Assembly: GCF_009914755.1 (NCBI RefSeq)
Contig: NC_060938.1
From: the human T2T-CHM13v2.0 reference genome, Homo sapiens
DNA length: 64,000 bases
Strand: one strand, 5' to 3'
In this document: in pieces, positions 12,945 to 28,100 of the stretch
How the letters are laid out: each line of letters begins with the position of its first letter
Numbering within the stretch: position 1 is the first letter of the stretch
The notes under the pieces: model-generated
What the model was told of the DNA's origin: nothing
The model's input: the letters and a program-made list of their open reading frames with translations, nothing else
Database searches by the model: none
Made by a program: the position numbers and the translations under genes

Positions 12945-15900
12945 TGAATTAGAATATCTTACTCTGAATTTGAAAACTTGCCTAGTGTAGACTTTGTGTT
13001 TGGAAGGTAAAGTAAGGACAAAATAGTTCCTCAACCTTAGTTTTGTTTGATTTTCAAGTTGATTTTTATATTAGGATGATGTCAGTATTTTGGAAGCATT
13101 ATCAGTTTTATGTCTTTTTAGTGCTTTCTTGGTATTTTAGGGGGAAGAATTGGTTGAGGCTACATGGTGAATGCTGGTCAAATGAAATTTTTTCATTCTT
13201 TGAGTTTTAACTATTTCCAGTAACTGAATTCTATGTAAAGTTGTGCCCTAAAGTGATTTGGAATAAGTGATATATTAAATTCTTTGATGAATTGCAGTGT
13301 AGTAATGCTGTGAAAAGCATAGCATAAAGTCCAGATTGGTTGTTTGAAATACTATGAAATTTAATTTGTTAGATCTTAAAACTTAAGCGTTCTTTCTTAA
13401 CTAAAAATATATTTTTAATAAATAAACTTACTATTGTCAAATGCAATTAACTTACTTTACTAAGTATTTCTGCTTTGAAACATGATATGGAAAGTAGTTG
13501 AGACTTTCATTAGAGATTACATAAAATTCTCAGTAAAAGTAATTGCATTTACCAATGTAGTTTTCATACCAAACTAATCTTTATTTTAATATTTTTGACA
13601 TGAGTATTGACGTTTAGACATACGGTTTTTACCAGTTCATCTAAAGAACTTTAGCATATATATTTCTTTTCAAAAAAATAACATTCACAGACTGACATAG
13701 ATATGTCCTCTATAACAAAATGACTTTATTGTGTTGTTCAGTGTTGGTTAGTTTTTCTGTTATGTTGATGCATTAAAACAGATATTAAATTTTATCATTA
13801 ATTCAGTGCCTGGTCTCTCATCAAATCCCCTTAATTACAAATTGACTCCAAGGATTAGATAGCATGGATTTTAATTTTAACTGAAACAAAAAAAGGCATC
13901 TTGGAAAATCACTCTTGCCTACTGACTCATAGACACATTTTATAGATCCTATAATTTATTACTTAGTATTTAAAATTCGATACAAAAAGCATATTTCCAA
14001 GATTTTTATTCTTTTGTATTTATATTAAATTTTTTTTTAAGAATATATTTCACAGTCTTGAAAAAAATTTCGTGTATCTTCAGATGAATGTCACCCTCTT
14101 GGAGTTTTGATAACTTACAGCCTTTTCTTTAGAAAATGTTAACTTTGAATCGTGTACAACCATAATCGTATCTAAATGGCATTTATATTATCTTTTATTT
14201 GTACGTTCTTAATAATTTCACAAAATCATGCAATATAGTTTTACATATTCCATGCAAGTGTTTTCAGTGTAATCCAGTATCTTGTTTCAGGTATTGTTTG
14301 TGATTTATGACTATTTAATCTTCACTTTCTTTTGATACTTGCTATTTTAGGTTTAAGTCCAGAGTCATTTTTGTGTATTTTATTCTCAACTTGTATCAGC
14401 ATTTTTGTCCTTCTTTCTTAAAAGTGACAATTTTTTACATTGAATTTTAGTACATAAATTATTCATTTTAAATACTAGAAAGACTATTATTTTTACTAGA
14501 AAAGGAGGATAGTGAAATTAAGTCATGATCACAGCCATCAAAAAAGTACATTTGTCCATTGTGTTTTTGCTCCGTTATATGATGGTCAGGTTTTAAGTCT
14601 GAGGTGCCTCTTTTAAAAATTTTCATACTGTAATAGTTGCTGGAATCTTACTTGTGTTAGTCATTTACTGGTTTTTATCTAGATCTACAAGTTTTCAGAT
14701 AAGTACTTTACTTTTAGAAAGACCAAGAAAGAATTACCAAGAAAACTTGAGTATTCTAAGATATATTAATATCATTTGTTTTAATAAATTCTGCTGTGTT
14801 AATTACCTTCACCTTTTGAGAGGTTGTAAAATGTAAGTAGTAATCTTCTTTCTAATTAAGCAAATGTTTTATATCTTATATTTTTGTAAATTTGATTTTT
14901 AAATGACATTCCTTTACTGGCTTTTGTTGCTGTTGCTGTTAAACTGGATTTTTATATGCTGAAAGATATTTAACATACAAATGAACTCAGCTCATCATGG
15001 CAGAGGAAGAAATTCATTGCCTAGAAACAGATTGTTTGTGTACTATTAGATGGTAATATAAACCAACAAAAGCAAGGAAATTAACTTCAATACTGACACA
15101 CTGCCCTTTCCTTGCTCTTTTGTGCCCATAGATAACATGCATATTTTATAATACCAGAGTATAGTGGACTCAGTTAAGAATTGTCAAACTTAATTCTAAA
15201 TGTCTTTACTTCGTTGGTTTGTCACAACATTATTATTTTGTCTCAATACTATATAATGTCTTTCACATTTGAGATGAAGCAATGCATGGATGGATCTGAA
15301 AAAGATGGCAAAACTTTACTTTTCTCTTATTTATTATTGATTGCTTCTGCTTAGCCAAATATTATATAGCTCTGATATTAGTTCTTCACAATTTTTAAAA
15401 AGGTAATAGAAAATGATAAAATATCTGAGGAAATTTTGGGAAAAAATATAGCTACTGATATAAAATTGTCATTCAGTTTTATTTTTATTCCTATTCATTA
15501 ATTTTTATTTTATTATTTAAAAAGGCAGACATCTCTTTATTTAAAGCTTACAGCACAAAGAAACTACCAGTTTTTTAAAAAAAATTATCAAATATACAAA
15601 CAAGTGTGATTTCAGAGAACATTTCTTACATGGATTGCACAAAGGAATTATTTGTGAAATTCTGAGGGTAGGACTAAACCTCTCAAAATAACCTCCAAGA
15701 TTAATTTGGGAACTGATTGATACTTACTTGGCCATTCCCTTAACGGTACCTGTTTCTTGATGTATATGGTGAAATATAAAGAATTAATTTTTCTTTAGTT
15801 CTTATATTTACTAGTTAGGTTGTAACTTATCAATTCCTAATGAATTTTATCCCTGTTTTTTAAGGGCAATTTTATACAATTATAAGTAATAGATTGATAT

Positions 15901-17544
15901 TTCAGTGTTTGAAAATTGATTCCATATATGAATTGATTCCAAAACCTGAGTTCCATGTTTTGTAGCAGTTTGGGAATTATTTTACTTTCTGTCTTCTATT
16001 TTTCTCTGTAAATGATTTCTACTCCTACTTAGGTACCTATTAGGATACAGTTTTCTAAAAGAGAATTACATATTTCAGTTAAAGCTCTGCATTTTTCTGA
16101 GTTGTACGTTAAACTTTCCAAGAAAAAATCAGATATTTTCTGTAAAAACTGTACGATAGAAGAAATAATCTAAATGTGGTCAAACAAAAGATTTTGCTTT
16201 AAGAACTAAAGAAACTGCTGTAAAATATGGTGGAAGAGGGAGGGTGTGTAAGGTTGGGGTGGTGGAAATTTTTAAAGAAATTCCACTTTTTATCTTATGT
16301 AATTAATATTTAATTGGCTACATTTAAAAGTAGTGAAAAAGTGATCTATTTGCTAGAGATTACAGAACAACACTTTAAGCTCTTACTTATTCTGAGGTGT
16401 TGAAAGGTGAAACATTTGACATTTTCTTTTCGGGTATTGCTTTAAAAAACAGAGGGCGGGAAAGAGGCGTTGCCACATCAGAGTTAAGGGTGTTTGTGGT
16501 TGTCCGTGACAGCAGCTCTAGTTTTAAAACACCTGTGTTTACTTTCCAGCTTTTCAGAATCTGCCTGAAAGTGGCCTAAGAATGGCACAGGCCTTCAGGA
16601 TGGCTGGTTTTTTTATAGTACAGAAAAAGAACTAAACTTTACACTTTTATTTTCTGTTGCAAGCATTTGGTTCTTCTATTTTATACATTTTATCCCTATA
16701 CATTCTTATATATGTCTGTAAGATAATGCATGATTTATATAATCTATACATTATACTATAATGTAACCATTTTTTAAAAAAAAGATTTCTTCTCAGCCTT
16801 TTGTTCACTGACTAGAAAAAGTTGATGAAAAACTGCTTTTTCCTGTGCAAATGTATTTTCTTTCTTAATTGAAAGAAGTTTGTGAAAAATAAAAATTGAT
16901 ATACCATTTTAGAGAGAAACAAAAGAAAATTGCATGAACCAAAGTGGCCTAACATATAGCTTTGTTAATTTTTTATCCTTTATCCTTTTATCATTTCTCA
17001 AGTTTTCTTTTTATATCTTTTGCTTTATAGGAGTGGTTTTTAAAAATATGTTTATAAACCTACAAATGTAATTTTCCCTTTAAGTTGATTTATGTCTTCT
17101 TTAGTGGTTTGGAAATAGGTTGAGTTTCAGCCTACCTGTCATCTCTTAGCTGGTCATTGTTTCCAATTTATAGACTTGTGCTTTTTAAATAATTATATGG
17201 TACATTTTTATTATTTTATGACATTCATATGACTCTGAAATATTATATAAACTTTATTCTCAATTTGAGATGTTCCTAGCTATGATATTTTAGTTTAATA
17301 AAATTGAGGTTTCTTTCTGATTTGTTTCAGTATTTATTTTCAAACCTCTTTAATTCTTTAGTACAGTAGACATAGCAAGATGTCATATATTCTGTGATGC
17401 ATTCCTTCTACATGCAAATTCTTGATTACAGTAGCAGACATTTCCATGAGATTACAGTTATGTCAAGCCTGGTTGATGCAAAAGAGGAATAATTCTGTCT
17501 TTTGACAATAAATTGATCTTGTTTCTCCATATAACTGGATTTTT

Positions 17545-17710
17545 AAACACTTTTTGTGTAGTTGAAACCCTTTTGAGAAGCCAATGCAAATGTCGAGTCT
17601 TCTCCCTAAAAAAAAAATACAAGTTTACAGAAATTTGCATAGAATTCAAGGAGTTTATGTCCTTCCCAAGCTCACTGATGAGCTCTAGGTTAAGAACCTG
17701 TATTCTAGGT
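17545..17710. mobile_element. Probable non-autonomous hAT-Charlie MITE (Charlie4z-like)
   Basis: acccttttgagaa...ctaggttaagaacctgtattctag resembles this family; highly diverged. Confidence 0.45.
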
Positions 17711-19554
17711 CTTATTTTATTTGGATAATTGTTAATTGTTTAGATAGTTGCTTAGACAGTTGTTAATATAGTAGAGAACAGATAAATCACTGAGTCAAAT
17801 ACAGAATTAAGTGCTTAGTTAATTAATATGTCACCATGTTAGGTGTTAAAAGGCATAAAGCAATAATTGATCTTACTAGCTTTAAATATAAATAGTATTT
17901 TAACAATATCGTTCATACTCCATAATGGCTACACATATATCTGTGTTCTAATCCCAGCTTTTCAATGGATTTGAAATACAAATTATAGTTATCTCATTTT
18001 TCCCAACAGAGCCAATTGATAATATGGCTATTATCTATTATACCTATTATCTCAAAATAAATTCAACAAGTGTCATTGCATAAAAGCTATAAAAATAATA
18101 TTCAATAATATTCCATTCAAAAACCGTAAGTTTGGTGTTGATATCCATCTAGGTGAAGAATGCTCAGCTGCAGACAGTACCTTAAAGGAATTATATATGA
18201 CAATGTGTATTACCTAGAAGATAATGAAACTGTGAGGAAAATTACTAAAAACTGAATTTTTAAACTATGAAAGTATTTAGGAAACATTTTTTGAATATAA
18301 GGAAAGTGGTAAATTTATTTTAAATGGCATAAATTACATAAAAATAACTATAATATATTAATAAGGATTTATAATAGTTCTGTATTGTATGTAGTTTAAC
18401 ATGGATCAGAAGAAATATTTTGATCAGATGAAACAACTACTAAGGAAACAATAATTTTATTTCAAGTGTTCCATTTTCATTATTTTCTGTGACTAGGAAG
18501 GAAGTAAAGGGGAGGAAGGATTCTCGTAGGGCTATTAAGACTTTGTTTCCAGAACCTCAGATTGTTGAACTTAAATCATGAAACCTGATACAGTATTTCC
18601 ATTGAGTGTATCAGTTTTGTCCTGGTAACAATTCCCATTTGGTAGTGCTATATACCTGTGACCTAACTTTCAGCCTAATTTACATATATTCACTTTATTG
18701 TATAATATGAAATTTAAGATTCTCTAACAAAAATGTGATACACGTATCTGTCTCAAGGACATTTTTAACTTCCCTATTTATAAGACCATAGTTTTCTCTA
18801 TGGCAGGTTTTTTAAATCTGGAAGCTATCAGTCTTGTTTTTAGAATGTATTTATTATAAAATATTGGGTGTTTTACAATCATGCTTCTCTAAAACTAATA
18901 TTTTCCTATGTAATTCTAAAGAGAAAATGAGAAAACTTCTAAGATCCAAAAGATGTATTAAAATAAATAAATAAAGGAAACTTGAGGTAGAAATTAAGAT
19001 AATTGAACCAAGAGAAGGGAAAAGCAAAGATGTGACTTAAAACGATGCAAATGTTTGATGATGCTACTTGGAAAATTATATATTATTTCTTGTCCAACTA
19101 TAAGTGCGAACCAGAAAAAAATGTTATCAGTGATTAGGAAAAACATTATGTAACAATTCCTAAACAATATAAGAGCTTAAGAAACATCGTCAGACTCTCA
19201 TCTTAGAAAGGATAAAAAAAAAAACTTGAGGTAATCAGCGTTGTTGAAGAATTGTGGGGTTTTAACAATTATTTGTTTAAAAGAAAACTGAGACTTTAAG
19301 CACCTGTAAGCCTTTTTGTTTCAACTGTTATTGACTATCTTTCAAAAATGCATTAATACATTTGCTTGCCATGGTAAATTTTGTAAAATGAATGTATTTG
19401 TATTGGATAGTATTTGCTTGTTTCAAGGGTTAGAAAACCACACCCCAAATTGCTCAAGCATAAATGAAACTTATCGTTCACATAGTTGAAAAGACCAAGG
19501 ACAGGGCTAACTTCCAGAGATTATTTTTGGGTTTTTTTTGTGTTTTTTTTTTTT

Positions 19555-19890
19555 TTTTACTTTTTTCAATCAATTTTGTTGACAGTAAATTTCATCCATT
19601 TAAGGTATACAGTTCAATGCATTTTGACATATATGTCCACCGTAATGAAGATACAGAGCATTTCTATCATCCCACCAAAATATTTTTTTTGTGCTGCCTC
19701 CCAACCTCTATCCCCAGCCCAAACAACCACTCATCTGCTTTTTTGTCACTATAAATTCACTTGCATTTTCTGGAATGCTATGCAAGTAGAGTCATATAAT
19801 ACCTACTCTTTTGTGTCTGGCTTCTTTCAACATGATGATTTTGAGATTCATCCATGTCGTGTGTAATAGTAGCTCATTTCTCTTTTAACT
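19555..19890 (-). mobile_element. Old L1ME-type 3' UTR fragment
   Basis: catttaaggtatacagttcaatg...ttttgagattcatccatgt. Confidence 0.7.
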
Positions 19891-20974
19891 TCAGCAAATT
19901 CTTGCGTAGGACCCCAAAACTTTTGTTCTGTATCTAGGTTTTGTTTGCTCTCCTCTATGTATTGGCTTAACATTCATGAGGTAGAAGCTTCTGCCTTCTC
20001 AACTTACCAGTTGAAGGCTAGAAGGAAAAAAAAGTTGTTTATCAAAAATAAAAACAGAAATTCTAGAATTGGGTCTTTTAAACTTGAATTGGACTATTGG
20101 AGGTCATGTGCTTATTCATTTATCTCTAAAATGATTACTGTGACCAATGGAGTGAAATATACTGACCGCCTTAGGACAATCTAGGTCTGCTTCTAAGGAT
20201 ATGTCATGAATAGGGGAAGAATGATTTTCTAAAAGAAATTGGAAATATTTTCCTACCAGAAACACTAAAAAAGAATGAAGGGTGGTAAAAAAAAACAAAA
20301 AACAGATTTTTACTGTAATAATATGTCTTCTTCATAAGACTAAAAAATGTATGCTGGCATGTAGTAAAACACACTTCATTTCTATTTCTTATCTTTTCAA
20401 CTCTTGAAGGAAGAAAGATAATCCCAGAGTTAACATGTATGTGTAGATAATATTTATATACGTAAATGAATATTGCACCTAATCACATGATTGATATAGA
20501 TTAGATCTCTTGTTTTCCAGCTGGATTTCCTGACATTCTGGTAATCTGAGACTTTCTTTACTCTTTTTCCTGTCAATTTTTATATTATATATTTATTGTT
20601 CTATCTTCTGAGGCTTGATTTTGGATTCTTGAGAATCTTTTATTCATTGGAGTAAGAAGACTAGAGAGACTAAAACAGTTGAAGTGAAGAACCTGAAAGG
20701 AGAGCTTATTTTTGCAGCCACTTTTATCTCGTAGGCATGTGTTGATTATCTGCAGGCAGAAATCTGAAAATTCTAGCTTTTTACTCATGGAGAGCCATTG
20801 TCTGGTATTTAAAGAAAAACAACAGATTTTTGGTTGATACTGAGGGGAGGGAGCATTAAGTACACATCCAGTAGTGCCTTATGGATATCTGTGACTGCAC
20901 AGGTTTGGAGATTAAAAACAAACAAAAAGTCTGAAAAGCAGGATGGATTTTGCAGCTGTTTTATAAGAACTAGA

Positions 20975-21300
<326 letters not shown>

Positions 21301-21349
21301 CAACTAGAGGCTAACTGACCCCCATATTCTGCAGTTCTTAATTAAAATG

Positions 21350-23102
<1,753 letters not shown>

Positions 23103-23826
23103 ACTCCAATTTTGTTTTTTTTCAGAATTGTTTTAGCTATTCTACTTTCCTTGCTTTTATTTGTTTTAAAATCAACCAGTCTGTATTTACAAAAAAAATC
23201 CAGTTGGGCTTTTGATAGGAGAAATGACATCTTTACCATTGAGACTTCTGATCAAGGAACAGTGTATGTGTCTCCAGTTATTTAGGTCTTCTTTGATTTA
23301 TTAATAAACATTCTATAGTTTTGAACATACGGATTTTGCACATTTGTTGCATTTACACCTAAGTATTTAATATTTAGCACTATTACAATGGTATTAGTAT
23401 TATTTTAACGTTTTGCTTTCCAGTTTTACATTAATAGTATCCTACAGCTTTGATGGACTGACTTACTAGTTTTACAGTTGTTTTTTAAAGATTCCTTGGG
23501 ATTTTCAATGTAATCATGTCATCTACAAATACAGACATTTGTATTTCTTTCCATTATGTATACCTTTTATTTCCTTTTCCTTCCTTATTGCATGGGCTGT
23601 AAGTTATTTAGGTATATTAAATAATAGTGATGAGAACAGACATCATTGCCTTGTTCTCTATCTTGAGGAAAAGTATTCAGGATTTCACCTTAAGTACATT
23701 GTTAGCTGTGGTTTTTTTGTAAATATCCTTTATCCCTGTGAGAAAGTTTTAGGCACTGACTAGTTTGCTAAAAGTTTTTATTGTGAATGGATGTTGAACT
23801 CTGTAGAAGGCTTTTTCAGCATCAGT
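23103..23826 (-). mobile_element. Old L1M ORF2 (RT region) fragment, opposite in orientation to the adjacent L1 piece
   Basis: ORF 23030-23239 contains RIAKTILKKNKIG; the 23800 region reads DAEKAF-like on the - strand. Confidence 0.75.
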
Positions 23827-23923
23827 TGGGCACAAAGGTAATTTGAACTTATGAAATCAAAAATAGATATCAAGTAAGTTATAGTTTATTAAAGAAATTA
23901 AAGTCTTGTGCAACCTGGCTGCC

Positions 23924-24375
23924 TGTAGTGGTTAGAATTGTGTGCCCCCAAAAGATATGTTCAAATCCTAATTCCAGTATCTCTGAAGTGACTTTATTTG
24001 GAAATAGGATCTTCATAAATGTAATTGAGTTAAAATAAGATTATACTGGATTAGGGTACCACCTAATCCAATGACTGGTGTTCTTATAAGAAGAGAAAAA
24101 TTTGGACACAGATACAAAAGACACAGGAAAAAAAGCCATGTAATGAGGCAGAGATTAGTGTGTCCACAAGCCAAGGAATGTGAAAGATTGATGGCAACTA
24201 CCAGAACCTGGGAGAGAGGCACAGAAGATTCCCTCTCAGACCTTCCATAAGAAGGCAACTGTGCTGACACCTTGATTTTGAACTTCTGGCCTCCAGAAAT
24301 GTGAGAGCATTTCTGTGGGTTTTAAGCCACCCAATTTGTGGTTCTTTGTTTCAGTAGCCCTAGGAAACTAATACA
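23924..24375 (+). mobile_element. MaLR solo LTR (MLT1B/C-like)
   Basis: TG...CA ends, ttatttggaaatagg, ggaaactaataca; 5-bp near-TSD ctgcc/gtgcc. Confidence 0.88.
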
Positions 24376-24436
24376 GTGCCTTTTCTGGTAACATTTTTTT
24401 GAGTTCTAAAACATTCTTATTTTCCAAAAAACTAAG

Positions 24437-24520
24437 GTTTTGTTTTGTTTTGTTTTGTTTTTGTGTGTGTGTGTGTGTGTGGCGGGGGTGGGGGTGGGGG
24501 TTTGTTTTGTTTTGTTTTTA
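24437..24520 (+). repeat. Compound microsatellite (TTTTG)n-(TG)n-(GGGGGT)n-(TTTTG)n
   Basis: Read directly from the sequence. Confidence 0.92.
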
Positions 24521-24731
24521 CTATATGAATACTTGTTGCAACATACATATAACATCAAACCTGGGTGGTTCATTCTTCTTTTTCTAGGCTCCTTGTAGTG
24601 TTTTTTAGTGATCATCAAGCAGGTTTAAAGAAAAGCATATAAATTACTTACCTTTATTGTGTTTCTAAATTAAAGAGGACTTTTTTTGTCCTATCCTTTG
24701 AAAATACAATTTTATGGCAGGCCAACCTTTT

Positions 24732-25109
24732 ATTTATTTATTTACTTATTTATTTATTTTAATTTTTCCATAGGTTTTTGGGGTACAGGTGGTATTTGGT
24801 TACATGAGTAAGTTCTTTAGTGGTGATTTGTGAAATTTTGGTGCACCCGTCACCTGAGCAATATACACTGCACCCTGTTTGTAGTCTTTTATCCCTTGCC
24901 CCCTCCCACCCCTCCTCCCAAGTCCCCAAAGTCCATTGTATCATTCTTATGCCTTTGTGTTCTCATAGCTTAGCTTCCACTTATCAGTGAGAACATATGA
25001 TGATGTTTGGCTTTCCATTCCTGAGTTACTTCACTTAGAATAATAGTCTCCAATCTCATCCAGGTTGCTGCAAATGCCGTTAATTCATTCCTTTTTATGG
25101 CTTAGTAGT

Positions 25110-25143
<34 letters not shown>

Positions 25144-28100
25144 CATGTTCTATCATATATATATATCCACAGTTTGTTTATCCGCTCATTGATTGATGGG
25201 TATTTGGGTTAGTTCCACAATTTTTGCAAAAATTGAATTCACAAAATTCAAGATTTTGTGAATTTTGCTGCTATGAACATGCGTATACAAGTAAATTTTT
25301 CATATAACTTCTTTTTCTCTGCATAGATACCCAGTAGTGGGATTGCTGGATTAAATGATAACTCTACTTTTAGTTCTTTAAGGAATTTTCGCGCTGTTTT
25401 CCAAAATGGCTGTACTAGTTTACCTTCCCACCAGCAGTGTAGAAGTGTTCCCTGATCACTGCATCCATACCGTCATCTACTGTTTTTTTGATTTTTGAAT
25501 TATGGCTATTCTTGCAGGAGTCAGGTGGTATTGCATTGTGGTTTTGATTTGCATTTCCTTGATCATTAGTTATGCTGAGCATTTTTTTCATGTTTGTTGG
25601 CCATTTGTATATCTTCTTTTGAGAATTGTCTATTCATGTCCTTAGCCCACTTTTTGATGGGATTGTTTGTTTTTTTTCTTACTGATTTGTTTGAGCTCGT
25701 TGTAGATTCTGGATATTAGTCCTTTCTAAGATGTATAGATTGTGAAGATTTTCTCCCACTTGGTGTGTTGTCTGTTTACTCTGCTGACCGTTCCTTTTGC
25801 CATACAAAACCTCTTTAGTTTAATTAAGTCCCAACTATTTATTTTTGTTTTTATTGCATTTGCTTTTGGGTTCTTGGTCATGAAATCCTTGCCTAAGCCA
25901 GTATCTATAAGGGTTTTTCTGATGTTATCTTCCAGAATTTTTATAGTTGCAGGTCTTGGATTTAAGTCCTTAATCCATATTTAGTTGATTTTTGTATAAA
26001 GTGAGAGATAAGAATCCAGTTTCATTCTCCTACATGTGCCTAGCCAATTATCCCAGCATCATTTGTTGAAAAGGGTGTCCTTTCCCCACTTTGTTTTTGT
26101 TTGCTTTGTTGAAGATCAGTTGGCTATATTTGGGTTTATTTATGGGTTCTCTATTCTGTTCCATTGGTCTAAGTGCCTGTTTTTATACCAGTACCATGCT
26201 GTTTTGGTGATGATAGCCTTATAGTATAGTTTGAAATCAGGTAGTGCAATACTTCCAAATTTGTTCTTTTTGCTTGGCTATGCGTGCTCTTTTTTGGTTC
26301 CATGTGAATTTTAGAATTGCTTTTTCTAATTCTGTGAAGAATGATGGTGGTATTTTGATAGGGATTGCATTGAATTTGTAGATTGCTTTTGGCAGTGCGG
26401 TCATTTTCAACAATATTGATTCTACCCATCCATGAGTGTGGGATGTGTTTTCATTTGTTTGTGTCATCTATGATTTCTTTCAGCAGTGTTTTCTAGTTTT
26501 CCTTGTAGAGGTCTTTCACCTCCTTGGTTAGGTAGATTCCTAAATATTTTATTTATTTATTTATTTTGCAGCTATTGTAAAAGGGGTTGAGTCATTGATT
26601 TGATTCTCTGCTTGGTCACTGTTGGTTTATAGAAGAGCTACTGATTTGTGTACATTAATCTTGTGTCTAGAAACTTTGCTGAATTCTTTTATCAGTTCTA
26701 GGAGCTTTCTGGAGGAGCCTTTAGAGTTTTTGAGGTAAACAATCATATCGTCAGCAAACAGTGACAGTTTGACTTCCTCTTTACAGGTTTGTGTGCCCTT
26801 GATTTCTTTCTCTTGTCTGATTGCTCTGGCTAGGACTTCCAGTACTATGCTGAAGAAGAGTGGTGAGAATGGGCTATAAGAATAGCTACCCCTGCTCACT
26901 TTTGGTGTTCATTAGCATGAAATGCCTTTTTCCACCCCTTTCCTTTATGTGAGTCCTTATGTGTTAGATGAGTCTCCTGAAGGCAGCAGATAGTTGGTGA
27001 ATTCTTATTCATTCTGTGGTTCTGTGTCTTTTAAGTGGAGCATTTAGGCCATTTACTTTCAATGTTAGTACTGAGATGTGAGGTACCATTGCATTCATCA
27101 TGCTATTTGTTGCCTGTGTACCTTGTTTTTTTTTTGTTTTTTGTTTTTGCTTTCTAATGAGGTTCTGTTTTGATGTGTTTCCAGGATTTGTTTCAAGATT
27201 TAGAGCTCCTTTTAGCAGTTCTTGTAGTGGTGAATTCTCTCACCATTTGTTTGTCTGAAAAAGACTGTATCTTTCCTTCATACATGATGTTTAGTTTTGC
27301 TGGATACAAAATTCTTGGCTGATAATTGTTTTGTTTGAGGAGGCTTAAGATAGGGTCCCAGTCCCTTCTAGCTTGTAGGGTTTCAGCTGAGAAATCTGCT
27401 GTTAATCTGATAGGCTTTTTTTAATAGGTTACCTGGTCCTTTTGTCTCACAGCTCTTAAGGTTCTTTCTTTCATGTTAACTTTAGATAACCTGATGACAA
27501 TGCGCCTAGGTGATGATTTTTTGTGATGAATTTCCCAGATGTTCCTTGTGCTTCTTGTATTTGGATGTGTAGGTCTCTAGCAATGCTGAGGAAGTTTTCC
27601 TCGATTATTCCCCCAAATATGTTTTCCAAACTTTTAGATTTCTCTTCTTTTTCAGGCACACCAGTTATTCTTAGGTTTGGTCATTTAACATAATCCCAGC
27701 CTTCCTGGAGGCTTTGTTCATATTTTCTTATTCTTTTTTCTTAGTCTTTGTTGGATTGGGTTAATTCAAAGACCTTGTCTTCAAGCTCTGAATTTCTTTC
27801 TTCTACTTGTTCTATTCTATTGCCGAGACTTTCCAGAGCATTTTGCATTTCTGTAAGTGTGTCCATTATTTCCTGAAGTTTTGATTGTTTTTTCTTTATG
27901 CTATCTATTTCCTTGAATATTTCTCCCTTCACTTCTTGTATCATGTTTTAGATTTCCTTTCATTGGGCTTCACCTTTCTCTGGTGCCTCCCTGATTAGCT
28001 TAATAACTAACCTCCTGAATTCTTTTTCAGGTAAATGAGGGATTTCTTCTTGGTTTGGATCCATTGCTGGTGAGTTAGTATGATTTTTGGGAGTTGTTTA

